64,000 nucleotides of DNA from Hydrolagus colliei (lineage: Eukaryota). The position numbers and the translations under genes are program-made. This document shows, piece by piece, positions 1 through 10,497 of the stretch. The stretch is from the NCBI GenBank assembly GCA_035084275.1, contig CM068748.1, positions 6,820,001-6,884,000 of the forward strand, given 5' to 3'. The notes beneath the pieces are model-generated. The model was not told the origin of the DNA. It did no database searches and saw nothing but the letters and a program-made list of their open reading frames with translations. Within the stretch, counting starts at the first letter, position 1. Every line of letters begins with the position of its first letter.

Positions 1-544
1 CATGAAGTCGATGACCAATTTTATTTGGGGTTTTCTTGTTTAGGGCCCCAGAAAAAACTCCCTTCACTTTTTGAATTCAAAAGGCAGACAGAACCTGTTA
101 ACATTTCATCTGATGAAGAGGACTGCTGACAATACAGGACTCTTCCAGCATTGCACTGGAGTATCAGCCCAGACTGACACTGCGGCATGAATCAACAAGC
201 TTCTGACGAGACTGATATCAATGGAGCCAGGTTGGCACCACAAAATAGTCCTATCACGGAAGGAAATGATGTGGGTCTACTACTATTTTATTATGATGTA
301 TGATGTATACTTTGGATAGATTAATATCTCCCGATTCCAAGGTGGGGGTGGGTGAAAATGGCAACCAAATTTGATTTATTTTTAACAGAAAAGGCTGGTA
401 TCCAGCCATCTACTCAATAACTTTAAATCTGTAAGGATGACCCTTTCAGCCTACGATTTTTGAAATCATTCTCTCACCACTGGCTCAGAAGGTTCAGTTT
501 AGTGGTACTTGAGCCCACAGTTTATTATTCCAGTGTAATACAGG

Positions 545-845
545 GTCCGTGCTAGAGAGTCAAAGGTGCTATATTTTTAAAGTAATATTCAGGCAAGGTG
601 CTGTTTAAAGCGGATGATCAAAATCCCTTGATACTATTCAAAAAGGGAAAGGAGTTTCTCCCATTGCCTTGACAAACAATTCTCAAGATTAATTGATCTT
701 TAACCGTAGGACTGCTTGTGAGGTGAAGCTGACTCAAATGGCTGCCATGTTTGCCTACAAAACATGTCACCACACTTGACAGTAATTCCCTGTGAAGTGG
801 TTCAAGGCACGGGCCACTGTAAAATGCAACTGCTTCTTTTTGTTT
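545..845 (+). mobile_element. Old Deu-domain SINE remnant (a second, minus-strand remnant at about 1-240)
   Basis: AAAATCCCTTGATACTATTCAAAAAGGGAAAGGAGTTTCTCCC...AAATGGCTGCCATGTTTGCCTACA resembles the Deu-SINE body; boundaries approximate. Confidence 0.55.
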
Positions 846-989
846 CATATAAATCTTGGCACAATTTTTTCAAAAATCACAAAATACTGGAGAGGTGCTG
901 GGGAAGTGGAGAAAGCCAGATGTTACTCATGTTTTTAAGAAAGGTACCAAATTGACCCAATATGGAGTTTATTAATAAGGATAAAATCA

Positions 990-2020
990 TGGGGCATCCA
1001 GACAGAAATAAAATCATAAATGATAGCTAATATGGGTTCACAAAGGGAAGGTCTTGCCAATCTAATTTACTGGTTTTCTTTGATGGTGAGACAAGGACGC
1101 TCGATAAGGGTAAAGCTGTGGTTGTTGTATATCTGGATTTCAATAAGGCCTTTGTTACAGTTCCTCTTGGGAACTGTAACAAAGGGAACTCCTCTGGTAT
1201 TGAGGAGCTCCTGTAGCTCAGTGGTTAGAGCACTCGCCTTACAAGTGTGAGACCTGTGTTCGAATCCAGGCAGATCAGGGCGTGAAAGTACAGAAAGCGG
1301 GAATCAGTGGAGGTATAGTACAGTGGATATGCAGTTGGTTGACTGAAGAACCCAGAGGGTGGTGGTAGAGGGAATGTCATCAGACTGGGAAAATGGTACC
1401 AGTGGAGTTCCACAAGGGTCTGTTTCAGGATCTTTTTTGTTCAATATGTTTATGAATGATCTGGAACTAGGAATTGCGGACTTAGTGGCTAAGTTTCCAA
1501 GCTAATGAAGGTGGAACATGGTAATTAAAGGAGGATTTGAATATTCTTGGGAATTGGGCAGATTGGTGGCAGATGAAATTCAATGCTGAGGAATGTAAAG
1601 TACAAAAAATCCTGGAAGGGAGTATTATTTGAATAGTTGGAAAATATGGATAGAAAATGAAGAGGACCTGGGGGTCCTGATTTACAATATTGAAGCTCTC
1701 CCAACAATGCTCTGAGGCAGTGAGTAAAGCAAATCAAATGTTGGGATGTATCAAAGGGGGAGGGAGAGAGATGGGAGGGCGGCAGAAGACACAATCGAAA
1801 AGGAGGGTCTTGAGACTGGCCATGAAAGAGGCAAAGGGACTGTGGGATGGAATTCTAGAGTGTAGGGGCAGAGAGGCTGAAAGCCGAGCCATTGATGGTT
1901 GGACGGGAAACATGGAGCAGACCAAAGGTTTGGACCGGACTGTGAGGAGCGACTAAGTAAATTGGGCATGTTCACGCTGGAAAAGAGAAGATTAAGAGGC
2001 AACATGATTGCTGTCTTTAA
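990..2020 (+). mobile_element. Degenerate CR1-type LINE ORF2 (reverse transcriptase) fragment
   Basis: Frameshifted RT motifs: GFTKGRSC..NL, DKGKAV.VVYLDFNKAF.TVP, SGVPQGSV.G..LFNMFMNDL, WQMKFN, AVSKANQMLGCIK, LGMFTLEKRRLRG.MIAVFK; boundaries approximate. Confidence 0.85.
1204..1290 (+). mobile_element. tRNA-derived SINE head nested in the CR1 fragment
   Basis: TAGCTCAGTGG (A box) and GTTCGAATCC (B box); same head as the SINE copies at 46404 and 62608. Confidence 0.7.
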
Positions 2021-3326
2021 GAGAAGTGGAAAGCGAACAAGATAGACTTTGGTCTTTTTTCGTCTCGTATTTCCCATGTTCTTGTGTTCATATGTGCTCC
2101 AGTTATATTTAAGTGAGTGGAAACCAAATGAAGTTTGCATTCCTGAAGTGATCTCAGGCTTTTTCTATTCATTGTTTCTGAAGCTGCAAACATCCTTACA
2201 GAATTGGTCAGTTTGAAATGACTTAATTGTCATACTGTAGCATACTGTTATGCTACAGTATGACAAGACTTAGAAATACCAGAATTCAGATTGCTTTGTT
2301 TTGAATGGCCAAATGTAATGTCTGCTGGTGTATTAGTTTCAATGAGGCTAGAGCTAAGCATTACGTTAATTCATCTAACGAAATCTAATATAATGACTCA
2401 TGTCAGCATTATAGAAAAAATGCTGTGTTCTATGAGAGATACAAAATGTTTGTTCTATCTCCTTTTCAACTATTTTGTTGATCAATATGCAAGCCTCGCT
2501 ATCTGAATAATTATTCTTATATTTAAAGTATTTCAAAATATGGTATACATTTAATCAAGAACCAAAGGTTTCATGGCTCATACAGTGGGATTTCAATCTC
2601 TATGACCTTTAAAACAATGTAGAAACGAATACGAGTCCATTCCTCAATGGATAGATGTCAGATATTCCCAAAAAATTCACTTCAGATAAATGATTCACTG
2701 AGTATTGCAGTATAAATTAATTGAATGAAAATTGATTTCTTGTGGGATCCTTGAAAGAGAGGATAATCCTAGCTCTTAATCAATTTTTGGAAACGGGAGA
2801 CTAGGAGAAAACAATAAATTGTGACCAGTCTGAAAAGTTCACGATGTTTTCAAAATGTGGCATTTAACCTATTTTACATTGGAAGAAAGACGTGCTTTAG
2901 TAGATGCAGTAAAATGAGTTTGTTCTGTTAATAAGACTGTGAGAGCGGGTCTTTGACCACGATCGTTCAGGCAAACGTAATTCCTTGCAGGCATTTTTTC
3001 ATCAAAAGATTTTGATGAACAGTTTTCTGGCTTTGAAAGTTTTCAACCTCCCTCAGAAAGAAATGCAATGGAAGCTTTATACGGTGAGCTATTACTTCCC
3101 CAATTTGCAGTTATTCTTAAAAATAAGATAACATCCTGGAGACTGGTTACTTCATAAACACAATTTTTGTTTTGTCCAGCGTAATTGGTAGTTTTCTTTC
3201 ATATAGATTTTGTTTGTTTGTGGCAATACACAAAATATCACCCTCGTGGGAGTGCTGACTGTTGGAATTTGCTCTTTGAACAAGTGCCTATCTCTATATC
3301 TGTGTTTCTTAACTACTAATGTAGTA

Positions 3327-3537
3327 CAGTAAAAGCCCGTTTATCCGTGATCCGATCAACCGTAACTTCCGTATAACCGGCACCTCAAAAAAAGGTCCCC
3401 TTTCGATTAATCGGAATTTATCTGGCACAATGTACTGTATTTTAAAAAAGTTTACATTTTTTTGTGTGTTTTCAGCCAAATATCTGACACATGCTTTAAC
3501 CAGGTCCCGAGGGTGCCGGATAAACAGGCTTTTACTG
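3327..3537. mobile_element. Non-autonomous Tc1/mariner (Tigger/pogo-like) MITE, 211 bp
   Basis: 21-bp TIRs CAGTAAAAGCCCGTTTATCCG / CGGATAAACAGGCTTTTACTG (one mismatch), flanked by TA on both sides. Confidence 0.88.
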
Positions 3538-6174
3538 TATTTGACTAATTCTCCAACAATATACACCACAGTGTTCCACAAATAGCCAAGACGCCTTTAA
3601 AGTTCAAAAATGTAATTCTTTTGGGTAGATTGGGGGGGAAACAAAAGTAAAGTGTTGCGATTACATTTTTCATTCTGATTTCATATGTGTTCAACATTAC
3701 CATTTGTTAGGCCATTCCAATTCTCAAGAATACATGTCTCTATAAGATTCTTGCAGTCGTGCAGAGGGACTATAATCTATAGAAGTCTCCACAAATCAGG
3801 ACATCAATGCTCATGATAATAAGCAATGGGCTTTCAAGTTCCTTCTTGAAAGCCAAATGAGCGAATGATTTTCCTCCTGCGTACTGTAATCCATAAAATG
3901 CTCCACCTAGTGGTCTAATAAAGAAATCAAGTATGGAAAGTACCAGTATTTTGAATCTTATGTTTTCTTACTTTAGTAGGAATTGTAACCTGAATTGTTT
4001 ACAGTTTCAACCTTCTGTCTTCAACTTTAAATGATCTATATTTATATATATATATATAGCGATATATAGATATATAAAACTAAATATATATACGTGTAGT
4101 TTAAAGTCTAAAATAAATTGTACATTATTTTGAAAAACGTGAAGATATTTAACTTTTTTTGTCAATTTGTTTTGAGGACTAAATAGCAAGTTTTCAAAAT
4201 CAGTACATTTTATATAGCATGTGAAGTGATTTGTAATGGAAAATTAGAAAAATTCCCAGCCTCCCAAATGAAATTTACTGATTTTTACGCACATTTTAGA
4301 CAAGTTTCTACCTACTGGTACTATCTTCTTGAATGTTAGTCTGCAGGGAATGAGTACAGAGATAGTAAACTAGAGGGAAAGATTGGTAGAGGAAGCATGA
4401 GACAAATGTTGGTGTCTTTACCACACTGAATACAAAGTTTCTGGAATCTTTGCCAAATTGATAGACAACTATTTCTCACGCAATTATTTCTATTGCCCCA
4501 AATTTACTATGTTAAAATCTCTAGTCATTAAAATACTATTTGGCTGATTTACCCCCCAGACTGTTGCAAGAAATGTGCACTAGTTTGACCAGATCAACTG
4601 AATTAAAATAGTCATTAATTCAAGAATAGGAATTTCTCATATCAATTGCTATATTATAGTACATTATTTTGATCAGTTGCTGCAGTTATCACACCACCGT
4701 TTAAGCAGTAATTACATTTGTAAATTATTTTACCTTATAAGTGACTCAATGAATTGTAAATATTTGGAAAATGATGAAATGTTATTAAACTGGTTGTTTA
4801 AAAGATGATTATTCTGAATGAGCCACTGATGTTGCAGCTGAAATAGTTTTGCATGCTAGTTTTGGAATTTCAGTCTGATTTTTGATGTGGCGCTGAAAAT
4901 AAAGCATCACCGTATGTTGCAAAATAAATTATTCCCTTGACAAGATATCATCAAAAGGCTGCTGCTTGTGATTACAGGATTCCCAATGCCCATTAAACAT
5001 TATGTTAACTATGGAGAGGAAAGCATCATCTAATATGTGATGATGGAGAAGAGGGAAGAGAGAGAACACAGATGTTAAATTAGGAGTTGAAATAGCTTTG
5101 TATCTTGGTACTTGCTCCAATTGTTGATCGCATTTAAGATTAGTTTGGATTCTTGACTTGGTAACTTGGTTACATTTAATTGGCTTACGGTGCTTATTGA
5201 AAGGAATCTGTGACATCTAGGTCTGAGCCTAGTTCAAGTAATAAGAAAAACTGCTTGCAAGCGTTATCAGACCATAAGAAAAGTTTAGGTTTTTTCTATT
5301 AAACTTGTAACTCTGTGAGTCTTTGCCTCATAATTTAAATCACAAAGCAGTAGAATTACCCAAATATGCCTATTTCTGAAGCCTGCAATGCATCAGCATT
5401 TTCACAAACTTCACTCAGTACTTTAAATGACCAGTACTCACTGGTCATGTAAAGGTTAGAATTACATCTTTTGATTTGTCAAAATGTCCCATGTCTCCTA
5501 GAATTTGTTTCCTTTCACATGAGCAGTTTAGATGATGGATGTCCTACGGTCCATTTCATCTCATTCTTCCCCAAAAAAACACTCCACCGCCCTCACATCA
5601 TCAGGTGTTTTTTTAGTCCAGTCTTCTGGCCTCACCCACATTTCCTGATCACCTGCTCTAGTTGTTAATTACCCTGGATAAAGAAATTCTTCCTGCTGTT
5701 TGTCCTGAAATTGCATCATGTAATCCACACCAGTGTCTTTTTCTGCTGCCAGTATATCTAAAAGTGTCCTGAATTTAAGTTCTCAGTCCTATTTAAACTC
5801 CTATGCATCTCTGTAATGTCTCCATTGAGACAAACTTCTTCAAGATTCCCATTTCGGTTGCCAATTCTTCACTATCCAGCACCTTGGGATGTCATCCCAA
5901 CGTGAAAGGAGCTATATAAATGCAGTTTGTTTTTGATTAGATATGTTGATTTGGTTGCAATTGATGCACTGTTGTCATTGAGTTCGTAGAGTCATCCATA
6001 AAATATATGCATGACATGACAATTGTGGCAAAGGTATCCAAAAGGTAAAATAATTTTCTATTGCATCCTGACTAACAATTATAAACTGACATTTTATTAC
6101 TAGGCTTATGGCTGATGCAATCAGTCTCAAGAGCAGGACATTTTCTTTGAACTTTTGTGGACTTTGATGTCAAA

Positions 6175-6465
6175 TCTTCCTTTGGATGAGACATTAAACC
6201 GAGGTCCCATCTACCTGTTTGGGTGGATGCTAAAGATCTCGAGACACTATTCTAAACAAGAATTTTTGCCAGTGTCCTCACCATCAAGCCCCCCAAATAA
6301 AATTGTTCATTCATTTCATGGCTTATTTGTGGCACAGTGTTGTGTGCAATTGGCTGTTGTGTTCACTCTGAAAACACACAGTCAAACCACATGAATTATT
6401 TTAAAGCATTTTGGAACATCCTGACATGAAAAATGCTATACCAAAAGCAAGAATTATTATTATAA
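6175..6465 (+). mobile_element. Deu-domain SINE (AmnSINE1/SacSINE1-like)
   Basis: GGATGAGACATTAAACCGAGGTCCC...GGTGGATG.TAAAGATC...CACTATT matches the Deu core as I recall it; CAATTGGCTG and a (TTA)n tail follow. Confidence 0.75.
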
Positions 6466-7434
6466 TTTTAAATTCCTCTGACCAGAATCTGCATGAGTGG
6501 CTTTAAGACAGAATATACCTTAATGTTTGTAGCTTCCCCAAGTTTCAAAGGGTGAGTAAGCTGCTAACCATTCCTACATCTTTTTTGGGGTAGCAAAGTT
6601 TCTCTAGATTGAGGCATGGTTATTAGGTTTCCCCTTATCTTTACTGATCATAGAGCAGGAGGATTGTTTTCTTCTTGATGGAAGCTGTATGTGTGCCTCA
6701 GCTTTAAAGATTCCTTTGTGCTGCTGGTTGGGCTAATCACGGTTTCTGCTCTTTGTTGCACATGGCTTTTTCCCATTGAGTTGGTGTCAAGATCAACGTA
6801 GAGTTCTACAAATATAATCTTGTTTTGAGCAAAATAGTGCCGCATGCTCTTTTTGTATTTGTAGCAAGGTAGATTATTTTCTATCTGGTTCTCTAATCTG
6901 CATACTCACACGTGATTCAACTAACTCTGTCAAATGGAAACTGAATTTCAAGACAATTTTAATTTTATGAATTTCATTATATATAACTCTGTTGTACTAG
7001 GATACAACATTTTGTTTCTAACAGTTGATCTAAATTTTATTTATTTCTATAGTATATATTATTTTCCAGTGAACTGTCAGATTACTACTACCAAACGGAC
7101 TTGGGCTAAACAGAATAGCACTTGGCATTTGAATCTGACTGGTTACACCTGTGTATAGTCCAAATCTGTTTTTCATTTTAAAAGTATCATCAGTACTTCA
7201 TTTAACAGTTTCCATCAGATTTTGATTCAAAATATAAATTTAAAACACTAGTACTGTAATTTGAATACTGTCCTACTCAAAATCTGCCTTTTCTTAAATG
7301 AAATACATTCCATTAAATCTAATCGATCGCTCTGCAGTCTTCTTCCAGATAGCATTCAAAGGAAATAATAAAATTGCACAAGATCATTCTTCTTAAAGAA
7401 AATTAATAATGTAATTACATATTTTATTTTGCAG

Positions 7435-9363
7435 CTGCTTGACCTGTTTATGGTATGGGACTGGTCTACATATCTAGCTGATTATGGGCAAGCTACATCA
7501 AAGTACCTAAGAGTAAATCCCAGCGCAGCTCTGACACTTCTTGAGAAGTAAGTAGTTTTTCGTTGCTTGTTTTTTATGTGCACATTTTAGAACATAAAAC
7601 TTAATATGTAACTGTGCAAGGTTTAAGCTTCAATATTTTGAAATGGGTTGCATTCTGGAAAATAATTAAACTGCTTTTGGTTTAGTCTATTGTGCTTCTT
7701 GCTTTCCCGTTTATTGTTTTGTATTTATTCATGCTCTGTTGCTTATTTTCTGCTTTAGATCAAAAACTAATATCATTTAAATATGTATACACATTTTCAA
7801 GCTGCACCTTACAAACTCTTGTGCATAAATATCACAATTAGAAACTAGAATTTTTTTTGCAAACCATTCAGTTACACCAGAATTTCAAGTGTTCATTCAA
7901 CAACAACAAATTGCATTTAAAAAATGCCTTTGATGTCAGGAGGACATCTTCTTATAAAGCATTTCTGTACATTAATACACATAGATCATCATCTTTTCAT
8001 GCTACCTGGAATTGTCCTTTCTAATTGTTTTGAACACCTTTGACTTTTTCTCATCATTATCATTCTTTTTGCTGAATTGTTGCAATACAGAGTCAACAGA
8101 GGGTAAGTATTTTGCATATTCGAGGTACTGGCACTCATTCAGTGTTGTAAATTACATTTTTGTGGTTCTATTGGGGATTGCACTTTCAATTTTGTTGGTT
8201 GCTTTCATGATGTGCCTGTTTGATCCACCAATAGCTGATTGGAAAAAAGCACTGCCTTGTATAGCATTAAGTCCTACAGAGAAAAGGGTCAAAGGTTCAA
8301 ATGCTGGATTTTGCTGAGCCTGCTCATCTTAGTCAAGGTAGCAGTAGTAGTGATGCTACATTGGTGGCTAGGGGCCCTGGATTAGGGAAGGAAAAAAATT
8401 GCCTTTATTCCTACTCTTGATTTAAGAATTGTGCACATAGGATGGTTGGGGGCAGGTTTCGGCTCAGCTTTCCTATCTCCATTGTGGAAAGACTTGCTGA
8501 CACTTTGTTCCCTCAGTTAAAAATGCTATGGGAAGAGAGCTGTCAGAACCTGTGGAAATGTTCTTGGGTTTTACTCTGTACCTTTGCACAACAGCTTGCA
8601 TGTAACTAAAAACTCTAGAAACCAATCTGTCACAGCTAAGTTGTCACAAACAAGATTTGGATGAAGAAAGCCCTTTGGCTTGTTTGGTTTTATCCTCCCA
8701 GAAAACCACCCTATCATCTTTCCCTTTCAGCATCTAGCTGTTTCTTAAATGAGTCCAGGCTTTGGTCCTCCACCACACTTACTGTCATGGTAATTCATAC
8801 CAGCTGCTGATTACCCTCTGTATAAATAAATACTTCCTGTTATCTGCCCCCAAACTTGCTCTGCACAACCCTAAACATGTGCTCTCTTGTCCCGAGGTGT
8901 CTGAAAGCATTATTGTGGGTTTATATTCTCTATTCTGTTAAGCACCTTGTATCTCTGTAAGGTCCTCTCTGAAAGGTCTCTTTTCAAAGCTTAAAAAGCT
9001 CCAGCTTATCCGGTTGTTCCTCAAAGCTCATCCCTTTAATGCTTTAATGTGATTTGCCACTCCAAGTCATACTATTAAATATCCTTATGTCAGATATTTC
9101 CTTCTGCTGTGGTTGATGATGTGCTCTTCTTTATTGTTTAATCAAGTATTGTTCGAATAAGTTTGCATGTATATTGGAAACGTTCACGTAAATATGTATA
9201 CAATTAAATAGGGTTTTTTTTTCTTCCCAGAATGAAGGATACCAGCAAAAAGAACAATATATTTTCTCAGTTCAGAAAAAATGACCGTGACAAGCAGAAA
9301 CTGATTGAGACTGTAGTGAAGCAACTGCGAAGTTTGGTGAATGGTATGTCCCAGCACACATAG
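7435..9363 (+). CDS. EXOC6: Exocyst complex component 6 (Sec15), 3' end; coding exons 7435-7547 and 9231-9363 (optional microexon 8091-8102); 5' exons lie upstream of the window
   Basis: Spliced translation LLDLFMVWDWSTYLADYGQATSKYLRVNPSAALTLLEK|MKDTSKKNNIFSQFRKNDRDKQKLIETVVKQLRSLVNGMSQHT* matches the vertebrate EXOC6 C-terminus as I recall it. Canonical ag/gt sites with a phase-2 junction (AA|A). Position next to CYP26C1/CYP26A1/MYOF favours EXOC6 over EXOC6B. Confidence 0.95.
8091..8102 (+). CDS. EXOC6: Candidate 12-nt alternative microexon of EXOC6 (gives LEK-VNRG-MKD)
   Basis: Pyrimidine tract ...ttgcaatacag|AGTCAACAGAGG|gtaagt; preserves frame between the phase-2 exons and has no stop codon. 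Confidence 0.75.
8645..9035 (-). mobile_element. CR1 LINE 3'-end remnant in the last EXOC6 intron (similar remnant at about 5600-5880)
   Basis: CATCTAGCTGTTTCTTAAATG...ATTACCCTCTGTAT...CTCTGTAAGGTCCTCTCT...CTCTTTTC resembles the reverse complement of a CR1 ORF2 end (LEKRRLRGDL); boundaries approximate. Confidence 0.5.
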
Positions 9364-10491
9364 ACCTGTTTCCTGATTTATTTTTCCCTGTCCTGGTCAT
9401 TCTTCAGCCAGCATTTGTATACAGTAAAACAGAATAACATTGAAATCTCGAAGAGCAAGGACTGAATCAAGTACAGAACAAACAAATTATGAATGTAGAT
9501 AAGCTTGGTGTAATGAAAGTAGGAGGGAAATGTTTTCTATGTAATTTTCGAACCATGACTTATTTGGTGTTTCTGAGATTTTGTGAATATGTGCAATGCC
9601 TTTACCACACACCCCTGATGTTCATCAAAGCCAACAATCAGTTTAAAGATGAAAATGTAATTGTTCTACATATGTTCAGAATTGCTGGGCCTTGTCAACA
9701 ATAATGAGGACATTAGTTGAACGCTTTAGCAATCACACCTTTCAACAAAATATTAACACAATGTATTGCAACTTTTTTAAAATTAGGATAACACTGTATT
9801 CTAATGTTGTGCAATGAATGGATTAACTGTGAAATTATTTTGTAAATTAGCCATATCACATTTTTAAAGCATGATGCTTCAATCTTGCATACAAGATGGT
9901 TGTTTGGGATTTTTGCCTTACCCACACTTCACATACCTGAAAGAGATATTTTTCAGGTCATTTGTGTCTTCTACCTGCTTTTATATTTAAGATAATATTG
10001 TGTCTCTTCGCACTGTACATTGTCCTTCGACATTGTCCTTCTTCGTGTTACAAAATATAGTGCACGTGGATTTTCTTTCAAGCTTTTACTCAGGGTTGCT
10101 TTTTTGAATTTGTATATTTTTCTCTGCAGAATTGTAAACTTGCTTCAAGCACCAGTCTGAGGCAATCGCAAGTAATAAGGCATTACTTTTGATCTGGTTT
10201 AGTCATTACCCTCCTTTCCTTTTGATATGGTTTTCACTCTGGTTGAACAGGTTATTGATGAATAATGATGATGGTTTTATTCTGATTGTTTCAGATTGGA
10301 TCCTTCTCTGCACTCCTAGAAGGAAACGTAGTGTATAGCTGTCTGCATTATCTTTACTTATTGTTTGAAATAGATCTATTTGAAACTTTCAATCTGTGGG
10401 CGGTTGGGTTTGTTTGTGAGGAAGAAAATGAAAGAAATGAGATTCTGTAAATTCATCTCCAAAATGCTCTTGTTGTACATTCTTACTATGT

Positions 10492-10497
10492 AATAAA
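10492..10497 (+). terminator. Likely EXOC6 polyadenylation signal AATAAA
   Basis: AATAAA ~1.1 kb after the stop, preceded by TGTA and followed by T-rich sequence; base composition changes shortly after it. Confidence 0.55.

Noticed and set aside
1204-1290. tRNA-like sequence with A/B boxes and an apparent TAC anticodon
   Set aside because: Acceptor and anticodon stems pair poorly, and the same head begins the SINE copies at 46404 and 62608; it is a SINE head, not a tRNA gene.
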